64,000 nucleotides of DNA from an uncultured Chloroflexia bacterium (GCA_963748625.1 CAVVJT010000003.1:64001-128000), one strand, 5' to 3'; numbered from the stretch's first letter, positions 33,691-43,480 are shown. A program made the numbers and translations. Notes: generated by a model from the letters alone, not told the origin.

Positions 33691-33794
33691 GATCGGGATG
33701 GTAACCGGCGCCGGTGCATCGGTGTGGCTGTGGTGCCGCTGCCGGCCGGACTGCGGAGCCGCCGGAACGTGCGGAGGCCTTACCATGCACGGTC

Positions 33795-35447
33795 ATGACG
33801 TCCCGCGCCCTGCCCGTCCTCGAGATCCTCCCGCCGGCAAGCGACACGGCGGATCCGCGCGCGCCGCTCGTCCCGTCCGACGCCCGCCTCGCCGAGTTCC
33901 GGCCGGAGGAGCGCTCGCTGCCGTCGTTCTTCGTCTGGACCCTCGGCTGCCAGATGAACAAGAGCGACTCGGAGGAGATGGCCGGCCGACTGCTTGCCGC
34001 CGGCTGCCCCGAGGCGGTGTCGATGGATGCTGCTGATCTCGTGATCATCAACACGTGTGCCATCCGGGAGACCGCGGAGGCGAAGGTGGTCGGTCGGCAG
34101 GGGCAGCTCGCGCGGCTCAAGGCGGCCCGACCCGGGATGCGCGTGGTGCTGACCGGATGCTCGGTCAGGGAGTCGAACAGGGATGGCCTCGCGCGGCGCT
34201 ATCCGGCGGTGGACCTGTTCCTCCGGCCCGACGAGGAGCCCGAGCTCGTGGACCGGCTGGGTCTCGGATCGGCGCAGGCGCCGGTCGGGGCGACCGCGAC
34301 GACCGCTGCCACCACGCTGGTGAAGGGCGCTGCTGTCTCGGATGCGACGCACCTCGTGCGTGCGCGCGCCGACGCGATCGCGGGCGGCGCGATCCAGCGG
34401 GACTCGGCGATCAGCGCCTGGCTGCCGATCATCTACGGGTGCGACAAGACGTGCACGTACTGCATCGTGCCGTTCAGCCGGGGTCCGGAGCGGAGCCGCC
34501 CGTTCGACGAGATCGTCGACGAGGCCCGCGTCCTGGCAGCCGCCGGCTACCGCGAGGTCACGCTGCTCGGCCAGAATGTGAACTCCTATGGCCACGACCT
34601 GGAGCCCGAGGCGCGGTTCGGGCATGTCGTCACAGAGCGGACCGTCGGACGCCGGCAGGACCGCTCTGCGCGTCCGGACCTCGCCGAGCTCCTCCGCGCC
34701 GTCGACGCACTGCGTACCCGCGACGGCGCGCCCGCCATCCCGCGGCTGCGCTTCGTGACCTCGCACCCGTGGGATCTCTCGGACCGCCTCGTCGAGGCGA
34801 TGGCCGCCTGTACCTCCATGTGCGAGTCGCTCCACCTCCCGGTCCAGTCCGGATCCGACTCGATGCTGCGCCGCATGGGCCGCCAGTACACGATCGAGCA
34901 CTACCTCGAGCGGCTCGGGCGCATACGTGATGCCGTGCCGGGCCTCAGCCTCTCGACCGACGTGATCGTCGGCTTCTGCGGCGAGACCGACGAGGAGTAC
35001 GAGGCCACGCTCGACCTCTTGCGCGTGGTCCGCTTTGACCAGGTGTTCGCGGCCGCCTACAGCGAGCGGCCCGGGACGCCGGCGACGAGGCTCGCAGACG
35101 ACGTTCCCGCGGCGGTCAAGAAGCGCCGGCTGGTGGACCTCCTGCAGGTCCAGGAGGCGATCGGCCACGAGCGCAATCGTGCGTGGCTGGGCCGGGTCGC
35201 CGAGATCCTCGTGGACCAGGTGGTGGCTCCCCGGACCCATGACCACGACGGGGAGGACGAGGCCGCGGGCGCATCGGAGTCGCGGGCCGCCTTCGCCCGC
35301 CTCCCCGACGGGGTCGCGCATCTCGTTGGCCGCAGTCGCGAGAACAAGCTTGTCCACGTGGCAGGTTCGCCGGACCTGCTCGGGAACCTCGTCAACGTCC
35401 GCATCGAGCACGCCGGTCCGTACGCGCTGCGGGGGAGCCTGGCCTGA
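33795..35447 (+). CDS. miaB: tRNA-2-methylthio-N6-dimethylallyladenosine synthase
   Basis: TLGCQMN.SDSE, NTCAIRE.AE, GCDKTCTYCIVP radical SAM motif, HLPVQSGSD, TRAM domain. Confidence 0.95.
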   Translation: MTSRALPVLEILPPASDTADPRAPLVPSDARLAEFRPEERSLPSFFVWTLGCQMNKSDSEEMAGRLLAAGCPEAVSMDAADLVIINTCAIRETAEAKVVGRQGQLARLKAARPGMRVVLTGCSVRESNRDGLARRYPAVDLFLRPDEEPELVDRLGLGSAQAPVGATATTAATTLVKGAAVSDATHLVRARADAIAGGAIQRDSAISAWLPIIYGCDKTCTYCIVPFSRGPERSRPFDEIVDEARVLAAAGYREVTLLGQNVNSYGHDLEPEARFGHVVTERTVGRRQDRSARPDLAELLRAVDALRTRDGAPAIPRLRFVTSHPWDLSDRLVEAMAACTSMCESLHLPVQSGSDSMLRRMGRQYTIEHYLERLGRIRDAVPGLSLSTDVIVGFCGETDEEYEATLDLLRVVRFDQVFAAAYSERPGTPATRLADDVPAAVKKRRLVDLLQVQEAIGHERNRAWLGRVAEILVDQVVAPRTHDHDGEDEAAGASESRAAFARLPDGVAHLVGRSRENKLVHVAGSPDLLGNLVNVRIEHAGPYALRGSLA

Positions 35448-36385
35448 GCATCGCGCCGCTCGTCGTCATCGGTGGTCCCACCGCCACCGGCAAGACCGCA
35501 CTGGCCCTGGCGATCGCGGACCGCCTCGCACGCCACGGCGTCCCCTGCGAGGTGGTGTCCGCCGACAGCCGCCAGGTGTACCGGGGCCTCGACATCGGCA
35601 CCGCCAAGGCGACTGTCGAGGAGCGGGCACGCGTCATCCACCACGGAATCGACCTCGTGGACCCGGACCAGCCGTACTCCATCGCGGCATTCCGGGGCCA
35701 CGCCCTGAACGCCCTCGAGGCGCTCGGCGCACGGGGTGGCATCGGCATCCTGGCGGGCGGCACGGGCTTCTGGCTGCGCAGCGTCTTCGCCGGGATCGAC
35801 ACCGATGCGCTGCCGTCCGACGCCACGATCCGGGCGACGCTCGAGCGCGATCTCGAGACCGGCGGCCTCGGCCCCATGGCCCGGCAGTTGCGGCAGCTCG
35901 CGCCGCGTCTCGCGTCCCGCACGGACCTGCGCAACCCACGCCGGGTGGTGCGGGCGCTCGAGATCGCCACGATCGCGGGCGATGCGCCGCTGCCGGCGCC
36001 CGTCGGCTACCCGGCCCCTGTGCTGGGCCTGCAGCTGACGGTCGAGCCGGTCGAGCACCGCCGCCGGATCGAGGCACGGGCCCGCGCCCAGTTCGACGCC
36101 GGTCTGGTCGAGGAGGCGAGGGCGTTGCGCGACCGGTGGGACCCGGCCCTCCCGTGCTTCACCGCGATCGGCTACCACGAGTCGTGGGGGTTCATCGACG
36201 GCGCCTGCACGCTCGACGAGGCGATCGCACTGGACGCCGCCAACAACCTCGCCTTCGCCAGGCGCCAGCGGACGTGGTTCCGTTCGGAGCGTTCGCTGGC
36301 CGTCATCGATGCGACGGGCGACCTCTCCGACGAGGCCATCGCCCGCGCCGAGGCCTTCGCCCTGGACGCCAGCACGGGCGCGTGA
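35444..36385 (+). CDS. miaA: tRNA dimethylallyltransferase
   Basis: GGPTATGKT, SADSRQVYRGLDIGTAK, GGTGFW, ARRQRTWF; P-loop lies upstream of first ATG/GTG so a CTG start is inferred. Confidence 0.93.
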   Translation: MSIAPLVVIGGPTATGKTALALAIADRLARHGVPCEVVSADSRQVYRGLDIGTAKATVEERARVIHHGIDLVDPDQPYSIAAFRGHALNALEALGARGGIGILAGGTGFWLRSVFAGIDTDALPSDATIRATLERDLETGGLGPMARQLRQLAPRLASRTDLRNPRRVVRALEIATIAGDAPLPAPVGYPAPVLGLQLTVEPVEHRRRIEARARAQFDAGLVEEARALRDRWDPALPCFTAIGYHESWGFIDGACTLDEAIALDAANNLAFARRQRTWFRSERSLAVIDATGDLSDEAIARAEAFALDASTGA

Positions 36386-36410
36386 CCGGCACCCGGTATC
36401 CTTGCGGACG

Positions 36411-37727
36411 ATGAGCCCGCGCGATCCGATCGACCTCGCACCCCCTGTTGAGAGAGCCTTCCTGCTCGCCGTGGACACCGGCGACGATCCCGGCTGGACC
36501 GCGGAGGACAGCCTGGGCGAGCTGGCCGCGCTCGCAGCCACCGCCGGGGCTGAGGTCGTGGGCGCCGAATGGCAGAACCGCCGCCACATCGACCCGAACT
36601 GGTACGTGGGCAAGGGCAAGGCCGAGGAGTTGCTCCAGGCCAAATCCGAGACCGGCTTCGAACTGGTCATCGCCGACGACGAGCTCAGCCCCACCCAGCA
36701 GAAGACGCTTGAGCAGCTGCTCAATGTCAAGGTCATCGACCGCAGCCGGCTGATCCTCGACATCTTCGCGCTCCACGCGCAGACCCACGAGGGCCGCCTC
36801 CAGGTGGAGCTCGCCCAGCTGGAGTACCAGCTGCCGCGCCTGACCCGCTTGTGGACGCATCTCTCGCGCACCGGCGGCGGGATCGGGACGCGGGGTCCGG
36901 GCGAGTCGCAGCTCGAAACCGACCGGCGCCTGATCCGCGAGCGGATCAAGAAGATGAAGGCCAAGGTGGAGGACGTCCGCCAGCAGCGCCAGACCACGGC
37001 GCGCGGCCGGGATCGCCGCCTGTATCCCACCGTGGCCATCGTGGGCTACACGAACGCCGGCAAGTCCACACTGCTCAACTCGCTCGTCGGCTCCGTGGTT
37101 GCCAAGGCCGAGGACAAGCTCTTCGCCACGCTCGACCCCACCTCCCGCCAGGTCAAGCTGGGCGAGGGCCAGACGGTGATCGTCACCGACACCGTGGGCT
37201 TCATCCACAAGCTGCCCCACCAGCTTGTCGATGCCTTCCGCGCCACGCTCGAGGAAGTCACCCGTGCCGACGTCCTCGTGGAGGTCGTCGACGTCTCCGA
37301 CGCCCATGCCCCCGAGCACCGTGCCACTGTGCAACTGGTCCTCGACGAGCTCGACGCGGGAGCCAAGCCCCGCCTCACCGCCTTCAACAAGGCGGACCTC
37401 CTGTACGCGGGCGTGGACGGCGACCTGCCCGCGCCTGCGGTCGCGGGCTCGGTCCTCGTGTCGGCGGCAACCGGCTTCGGCCTTGACACCCTCCGCGCGG
37501 AGATCGCCGCGCTCCTCGCGTCGCTCTGGGAGGAGGTTGACGTGGCGGTGCCCTACGCGGCGGGCGAGCTGCTCGCCCGGGTGCGGGAGCGGGGAACCGT
37601 CGATCTCGAGTACGGCGATCGCTCGGTGCGCGTGCGCGGACGCATGGCGCCCTCGATGGCCGGCGAGCTGCGGGCCGTGGCCAACCGCTGGCAGGCCACG
37701 CTCGAGGAGGAGGGCGTGCAGGCGTGA
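36411..37727 (+). CDS. hflX: Ribosome-splitting GTPase HflX
   Basis: LILDIFA, LQVELAQL.Y.LPRL, GPGESQLETDRR, GYTNAGKS, LFATLDPT, DTVGFI, NKAD. Confidence 0.97.
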   Translation: MSPRDPIDLAPPVERAFLLAVDTGDDPGWTAEDSLGELAALAATAGAEVVGAEWQNRRHIDPNWYVGKGKAEELLQAKSETGFELVIADDELSPTQQKTLEQLLNVKVIDRSRLILDIFALHAQTHEGRLQVELAQLEYQLPRLTRLWTHLSRTGGGIGTRGPGESQLETDRRLIRERIKKMKAKVEDVRQQRQTTARGRDRRLYPTVAIVGYTNAGKSTLLNSLVGSVVAKAEDKLFATLDPTSRQVKLGEGQTVIVTDTVGFIHKLPHQLVDAFRATLEEVTRADVLVEVVDVSDAHAPEHRATVQLVLDELDAGAKPRLTAFNKADLLYAGVDGDLPAPAVAGSVLVSAATGFGLDTLRAEIAALLASLWEEVDVAVPYAAGELLARVRERGTVDLEYGDRSVRVRGRMAPSMAGELRAVANRWQATLEEEGVQA

Positions 37728-38320
37728 CCCAGGATCGCGACGCGTGGGTCAGGCTGACGGCCGTCGGCGCCCTCCCGGGCGGACGCCGGATCAGCTGGAC
37801 CGTTGCGGATGGGACCCGCGGGCGACGCTGGCGGGCCGCGACCACCGGATCCGACGGGCGCCTCGTGCACAGCCTGCTCCTCGAGACCACGCCCGATGGG
37901 ACGCCGACGCGGGTCGAGGTCACGGCGGCGGGTCGTCTGCTCACCCTGCATCCTGGCCCCGACGGGACAGCGATGCACGGCAACTGCGCCCGCGAAGGTG
38001 GCGTCGACCACATCGTCTTGCCGTGGGGCGAAACGTTCGTCCTCATGTTCGACGCCTCGCCGGTGACTGCTGCCGTTGCGGCCCGGACCCTGGCGCCGAG
38101 GGTCGGGGTAGGGGAGGGGGCCTCGGTGCCCGTCATCGAAGTCGGCGAGGACCTCGCCGTCCGGCATGCAACGTGGCGGGTCGCCCGGGTGGGACGCGGC
38201 CGCTGGCGATTGCTTGCGGCGGACGGCGGCGTGAGCACCACCGTGGAGATCGACGAGGACGGGCTGCCCGACCTTGCCGACGCGCGGCGCTGGCCCATGG
38301 AGGTCCGCCCGGCGGGCTGA
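37724..38320 (+). CDS. Hypothetical protein (beta-rich)
   Basis: 198-aa ORF with GTGA overlap to the hflX stop; no recognisable motif. Confidence 0.65.
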   Translation: MTQDRDAWVRLTAVGALPGGRRISWTVADGTRGRRWRAATTGSDGRLVHSLLLETTPDGTPTRVEVTAAGRLLTLHPGPDGTAMHGNCAREGGVDHIVLPWGETFVLMFDASPVTAAVAARTLAPRVGVGEGASVPVIEVGEDLAVRHATWRVARVGRGRWRLLAADGGVSTTVEIDEDGLPDLADARRWPMEVRPAG

Positions 38321-38333
38321 TCCGCGCCGGATC

Positions 38334-38430
38334 GGGGACAACCTGTGGACGGGTGTTGGCAACTCGTCCGAAGCCCTGCCGAAACTCGTGGATAACCGTG
38401 TTGTGAGACCGGTGCCGCCGCCCGTATTCT
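38334..38430 (+). promoter_or_regulatory. Promoter (TTGTGA..TATTCT) with upstream DnaA-box-like motifs
   Basis: GGGGACAACCTGTGGAC at 38334-38350 and CGTGGATAAC near 38387-38396 (TTATCCACA consensus with mismatches); TATTCT at 38425-38430. Confidence 0.5.
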
Positions 38431-38437
38431 TCGTCTT

Positions 38438-38562
38438 GCCCGAAGGGGCGGACGAACTGGTCGACGGAGCCGAAGGTGCTTGCACCGGCGGATCCCGAGG
38501 TCACCGCAAGTGCTTGCACAGGCGGGGACCGGACCGGGGAGGCGGTTCCTTCGGGCGTTTTG
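38438..38562 (+). ncRNA. Candidate novel structured ncRNA with twin CUUG-tetraloop arms
   Basis: 12-bp closing stem, P2 stem, two near-identical AA-(G)GUG CUUG CAC(C)-RG arms, short U-rich tail, -10 box 7 nt upstream. Confidence 0.7.
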
Positions 38563-38671
38563 CTGCCCCCGAGGCGAGGTGATCCTGCGGGCCGGCGTCA
38601 CGCCGGGCGGTCCTGGGCGTCCTCAGCAGTGAGCCGGGTTCCGGTGACGATGCGGGTTCTCGGAGGCCGCG

Positions 38672-39475
38672 ATGCGCACGGGGCGCTCCGCCGTTCTGAC
38701 CTGGTCGGGTCTCGCGCTGCTGCTCGCCGGCGCGTTCGTACCCGACCTCCGTATCGCGGCAGCCGTCCTGGTGGTTGTCGGATGGGGAACCCTGCGTGCC
38801 CGCGACCGGCCAGAGGCCATCGCCTGGGCAGCCGTGCTGCCGCTCGCCGTCGTCCTGCCATGGCCGCTCCTGCTGGGTGCCGATGTGCCGCTCGGCGAAC
38901 CGGCCTGCACGAGCCCGTTCTCCGCGATCGTCCTCCGTCGCCTCGCCGTCGCCGGGTTCGGGCTTGCGATCGTCGCGGCCCTCGCACGGGTGCACGGATC
39001 GTCGCGCCTCGAGCTGGGCGTCCAGACCCCCACCCCACGGGAGGCCACCCTCGCCGTCGCGGCCTGCGCCGTCCTCGTCATCGGCGGGCTGATCGTGGGT
39101 CCCCTCATCGCGCGCCCGTTCTTCGGCACGCTCGACTTCCCGGTCCCTCCGGCCGCCCTGCTGCCTGCCCTGGTGTTCGGAATTGCCAATGGGGTGCTCG
39201 AGGAGGTCCAGTACCGGGGGGCCATGCAGGCGTGGCTGATGCGCGTCAGCGCGCCATGGGCCGCGATCCTCGCGCAGGGGGTCGTGTTCGGCGTGGTCCA
39301 TGCCGGCCCCGAGGTGGTCGCCCTGCTCCCGGTCCACATCGCCCTGCTCGCTGGTGCCGGGGTGGCGGCTGGGCTCGTGCGCCGCTGGACCGGATCGCTC
39401 TGGCTGCCGATCGGGATCCACGTGGGTGCGGACATCGCGCTGTACGTGGGACTGGCGTGCAGGGCCGCCCCGTAG
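38672..39475 (+). CDS. CPBP (Abi/CAAX) family intramembrane metalloprotease
   Basis: EEVQYRG, FGVVH, TGSLWLPIGIH..AD motifs, multiple TM segments; GGAGG RBS. Confidence 0.88.
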   Translation: MRTGRSAVLTWSGLALLLAGAFVPDLRIAAAVLVVVGWGTLRARDRPEAIAWAAVLPLAVVLPWPLLLGADVPLGEPACTSPFSAIVLRRLAVAGFGLAIVAALARVHGSSRLELGVQTPTPREATLAVAACAVLVIGGLIVGPLIARPFFGTLDFPVPPAALLPALVFGIANGVLEEVQYRGAMQAWLMRVSAPWAAILAQGVVFGVVHAGPEVVALLPVHIALLAGAGVAAGLVRRWTGSLWLPIGIHVGADIALYVGLACRAAP

Positions 39476-39491
39476 GCTTCACGATCTGGGC

Positions 39492-40145
39492 GTGACCGCC
39501 AGTACCAGGTCCTTCGTCGTGCGCCACACCCGACTGCGACCCGTGCCCGGGCTCGAGACGGTCCGCCTCCACCTCGCCGATGACGTCCTGCCGCTCTGGG
39601 GCGCGATCCAGGAGGAGACCCGCGATCCGGACGCACCGCTCCCGTACTGGGCGTTCGCGTGGATCGGCGGCCTTGCCCTCGCGCGGTTCCTGGTCGATGC
39701 GCCGCAGTCGGTCCGAGGCCTGCGCGTGCTCGACTTCGCATCCGGATCCGGCCTGGTGGGCATCCAGGCGGCACGTTCCGGTGCGTCGGAGGTCCTCGCG
39801 GCCGACATCGACCCGTACGCCCATGCGGCCATGCGCCTCAACGCCCGCGCCAATGCGTGCCGGCTCCACCTGCTCTCGGGCGACCTCCTCGCCGGCCCAC
39901 CACCCCGCGTGGACGTGATCCTCGCCGGCGACTGCTGGTACGAGGCCGGGTTGGCCGCGCGCGTGCAGCCGTGGCTGGAGGCCGCAGCAGGGGAGGGGAC
40001 CGGGGTGCTGGTTGGCGATGCAGGGCGCCGCTATCTGCCCCTCGAACGGCTCGAGGAGCTCGCGTCGTACGAGGTGCAGACGACCACCGAGCTGGAGGAT
40101 CTCGCGCTCAAGCGGGGCCACGTGTTCAGGCTTCGTGATCCCTGA
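39492..40145 (+). CDS. Protein-lysine methyltransferase (METTL20/ETFB-KMT-like)
   Basis: PYWAFAWIGGLALAR, VLDFASGSGLVGI, AGDCWYE, GDAGRRYLP. Confidence 0.82.
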   Translation: MTASTRSFVVRHTRLRPVPGLETVRLHLADDVLPLWGAIQEETRDPDAPLPYWAFAWIGGLALARFLVDAPQSVRGLRVLDFASGSGLVGIQAARSGASEVLAADIDPYAHAAMRLNARANACRLHLLSGDLLAGPPPRVDVILAGDCWYEAGLAARVQPWLEAAAGEGTGVLVGDAGRRYLPLERLEELASYEVQTTTELEDLALKRGHVFRLRDP

Positions 40146-40238
40146 AGGCGCCATCGTGCGTGGTACCGTTACGTCCGCCGCACCGATCGCGAATGAACCC
40201 GGCGTCCCCGGCACGCAGTTGCGACGCGGCGCACGAAT

Positions 40239-41930
40239 GTGATGTCAGGGGGACGTGTGGACGACTCGAGCATGCGGAGCGCTTCGACCAGGACGCCCCG
40301 CCAGCATCGGCGGACCCGGGTCCGGATGCTTCTGAAGGCGCTGGTGTCGCCTTCGCGGTTCGCGATCGTCGGCCTCATCGGCATCTTCGTGAACCAGGTC
40401 GCGCTGTGGGCCTTCACCGACCTCGGCGGCATCAACTACCTGGTCTCGGCGGTCCTCGCCTCCCAGGTGTCGACGCTCAACAACTTCGTCCTCACCGAGC
40501 TCTGGGTCTTCCGCGGGCGTGACCTGCGCGGACACGCCTTCCTCCGCTATATCGCGTTCGACCTCGTCAACATGGCCACGCTGGTCATCCGGATCCCGGT
40601 CCTGTGGCTGCTGACCGACATCGTCGGGCTCTTCTACCTGTGGTCGAACCTCGTCGCGATCATGATCACGTTCGGGGTCCGGTACCTGATCGCGGACAAC
40701 TGGATCTGGGCGGGCCGCGACCACATGGCCCAGAAGGCGGTCGATGGCGTGTTCCACTACGACATCGCGGGCCTTGTCCGCCTCGTGTCGCCGGTGGCGC
40801 TTCCGGAGCTTGCCTCGATGAATGTGGCCCATGCCGTCGACGCGGACATCGTGATCACGCGACGGGCGATCGGCGGCGGGCCGCGCCTCCACCGCAGAAC
40901 ATGGAGGGCCGAGAGCGGATCGATCCACTACCGGGAGCAGCTCGGCTTCCTCGGCGCTGCGTTCGACGTACGCATGCCGCCGGACGGGCGAGGGCCGATC
41001 GCCCTTGACGCCAACTGGTTGCTGGTGTGGTCGCACCACGTGCTGTACACGAACATGGTCGAGCCCCTGCTGCGCTTCGTGCTCATCGATCGCGGCCACG
41101 TCCTGCTCCACAGCGCCGCGGTGGACGCGGACAACGGCGCCGTGCTCATGTCGGCACTGACCGACACCGGCAAGACAAGCACGGTCCTGCGCCTGCTCAT
41201 GGAACGGCCATGGGGTTTCCTGGCCGATGACATGGTCATCGTGGCGCCGAGCGGCATGATCCTGGGCTACCCGAAGCCGATGACCCTCTCGTCGCACACC
41301 ATGAATGCCGTGAACGACCAGGCGCTGCCGGTCGCCGACCGCATGATGCTTGCGCTCCGCTCCAAGCTGCACTCGAGGGAGGGGCGGGCCGTCGGCCACG
41401 CGATGGGCCGCATGCCGCTCCCGATCGTGACGATCAACGCCTGGGTCCAGATCCTTGTCCCGCCGCCCAAGTACCACGTCACCTCCCTGATCGAGTGCGA
41501 TGTCGTCGACCACTCCCAGCTGGATGCCGTCATCCTCATGGAGCGAGGGGAGCCATTCGCCGAGATCCCGGAGCTCGAGGCAACGATCGACCGCCTGCTC
41601 GCGAACACGGACGACGCGTACACGTTCCCGCCCTTCTCCTCCTTCGCGCCGCTGATCAGCCTCAACGGCATGGATCACGACGATCTCCGCGGGCGCGAGC
41701 GTGAGCTCCTGACCGAGGCCGTGTCGACGGCCTGGCGCGTTCGCGTTCGCGTGACCGGCCACAACTGGTCCGACCTCATTCCGAGCCTGCTGGCGGAGCG
41801 CAGGCCCCTGCTGGAGCCCGTTGACGCGTCGGCTGAGCCCCCGGCTGCGGCAGCGCCAGACCTGGCGACGCCGGGTCCCGACGACGAAGCGTCGACAGAG
41901 CGCTCGGCAGTCGTCGCCGACGTCCCGTGA
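40239..41930 (+). CDS. GtrA-like flippase fused to an HPr-kinase-like P-loop domain (start uncertain)
   Basis: RFAIVG..G..VN...NF...E.WVF four-TM GtrA unit followed by LLHSAAV..GAVLMSALTDTGKTST..WGFLADDMVIV. Confidence 0.75.
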   Translation: MMSGGRVDDSSMRSASTRTPRQHRRTRVRMLLKALVSPSRFAIVGLIGIFVNQVALWAFTDLGGINYLVSAVLASQVSTLNNFVLTELWVFRGRDLRGHAFLRYIAFDLVNMATLVIRIPVLWLLTDIVGLFYLWSNLVAIMITFGVRYLIADNWIWAGRDHMAQKAVDGVFHYDIAGLVRLVSPVALPELASMNVAHAVDADIVITRRAIGGGPRLHRRTWRAESGSIHYREQLGFLGAAFDVRMPPDGRGPIALDANWLLVWSHHVLYTNMVEPLLRFVLIDRGHVLLHSAAVDADNGAVLMSALTDTGKTSTVLRLLMERPWGFLADDMVIVAPSGMILGYPKPMTLSSHTMNAVNDQALPVADRMMLALRSKLHSREGRAVGHAMGRMPLPIVTINAWVQILVPPPKYHVTSLIECDVVDHSQLDAVILMERGEPFAEIPELEATIDRLLANTDDAYTFPPFSSFAPLISLNGMDHDDLRGRERELLTEAVSTAWRVRVRVTGHNWSDLIPSLLAERRPLLEPVDASAEPPAAAAPDLATPGPDDEASTERSAVVADVP

Positions 41931-43480
41931 GCGCGCTCGTCGAGTCACCGCACGCGGCGAGCGCGTGGCCGCACTGGACGGCTGCCTGGGACCGGCGGGG
42001 GGTCCTTGCCCTCCTGGCCCTGGCGGCCCTGGGGATCGCGCTGCGGTTCGCCGGTCTCGCCCTCGGCGCAGGCATGGACAGCCGGATCGGACTCGACGAC
42101 GCCACGTACTTCGCGGGCGCCACCTCCTTCGTGGAGGGCCGGTTGCCGTATCGCGACTTCAACATCCTCCATCCGCCCGGGATCCTGTATTCGCTGGCGC
42201 CGTTTGCCTACCTCGCGCGTTTCATCGGCGAGACGGACGCCTTCGTCCTGGCACGGTTCGCCGTGATGCTCCTGGGCGGGGTCAACATCGTGCTCGTGGG
42301 CCTCGTGGGGCGCCGGATAGGGTGGGGGACGGCACTGTGCGCCGCGGCCCTGTACACCGTGTGGTCCGTTCCGGCGCAGTGGGAGCGGTCGGCCTACCTC
42401 ATCGCCCCGCAGGCGACGCTCCTGCTGCTTGCCCTGTTGCAGCTCACCGGGCGCAACGCGGGCGACCTGACCACCCGGCGGGTGATTGTGGCGGGCGTCC
42501 TCATGGGCGTGTCCGGGGCGTTCCAGGTGTGGTCGGTGATCCCGGCGGCGGTGATCCTCGCCTGGATCGTCATCACCTGCAGGTCGTCTGCGAGGATTGC
42601 TGTGCGGAGAGCGGCCGCCTACGTCCTTGCCGGCGTGGTCACCGTGCTGCTGCTGCTGGGACCCTTCCTGCTCACGACGGGGCCGAAGATGATCCAGATG
42701 ATCATCTTCGCGCAGGCCTCACGTACCGGTATCTACGCCACCCCCGTGGTCGATAGGCTCCGGCAACTCGAGGGATTGCCGCCGTCGCTGCTGGGCTTCC
42801 ACGTGCCGGGGCTGCTGGTGGTGGCGATCGGCATCGTGATCGGCAGTGCAGTGCTGTTCGTGGCCTGGAAGCGCCCGGCCGTGCGCCTGTGGGTCGCGAT
42901 CGGGATCTTCGAGATGGCGTTCCTGATGATCACCCCCACGTTCGTGAACCACTACGCCGCGTGGCCGGCCGCCGTCAACACCCTGAGCATCGGTGCGGTC
43001 GTCGCGTTCGGGCTCGAGCGTGCTCGCCCCCGGCCGCGGCGCGTCCTCCTGGTCATCTACGCCGCCGCCCTTGTCGGCCTTGCCGTCCTGACGGCACGGC
43101 CGACGGGGTCGACCGTTGCGATCAGCCCGACGTCGCCCGATCTCACGGACGCCCGCTGCGTCGTCGCCAACGAGTCGATCCTGCTGATCCGGTCCGAGAC
43201 CCTCATCCGGAGCCTTCGCAACGGATGCCGCCTGCTGCCGAACCCTCGCAGCGTCTCCCACGTCAACAACGCGGCGAACGAGGGACCGGATGTGCCTCGA
43301 GCACGCCAGGCGGAGTACCAACAGGGTGCGCTCGAGTACTACACGTCGGGCGACGTCGCCCTGATCCGCCCGCTCGAGGTCGATGGCTTCTCGGAGGCGA
43401 CGTGGGCTGCGATCCAGGCAGCGCTGCCATACCACGAGCGGTACGGCAAGATCGACGTCCTGCGCAAGTCCGCACCGTGA
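41927..43480 (+). CDS. GT-C fold membrane glycosyltransferase (PMT/ArnT-like)
   Basis: LDDATYF after TM1, GRLPYRDF..LHPPG, many TM helices; GTGA overlap with the upstream gene. Confidence 0.78.
   Translation: MSALVESPHAASAWPHWTAAWDRRGVLALLALAALGIALRFAGLALGAGMDSRIGLDDATYFAGATSFVEGRLPYRDFNILHPPGILYSLAPFAYLARFIGETDAFVLARFAVMLLGGVNIVLVGLVGRRIGWGTALCAAALYTVWSVPAQWERSAYLIAPQATLLLLALLQLTGRNAGDLTTRRVIVAGVLMGVSGAFQVWSVIPAAVILAWIVITCRSSARIAVRRAAAYVLAGVVTVLLLLGPFLLTTGPKMIQMIIFAQASRTGIYATPVVDRLRQLEGLPPSLLGFHVPGLLVVAIGIVIGSAVLFVAWKRPAVRLWVAIGIFEMAFLMITPTFVNHYAAWPAAVNTLSIGAVVAFGLERARPRPRRVLLVIYAAALVGLAVLTARPTGSTVAISPTSPDLTDARCVVANESILLIRSETLIRSLRNGCRLLPNPRSVSHVNNAANEGPDVPRARQAEYQQGALEYYTSGDVALIRPLEVDGFSEATWAAIQAALPYHERYGKIDVLRKSAP

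Noticed and set aside
38334-38400. Replication origin
   Set aside because: Only a few degenerate DnaA boxes, no AT-rich unwinding region, no dnaA/dnaN
38461-38490. 16S rRNA fragment (GTCGA...GGTGCTTGCACC resembles helix 6)
   Set aside because: No flanking conserved 16S sequence; the hairpin is part of a different closed structure
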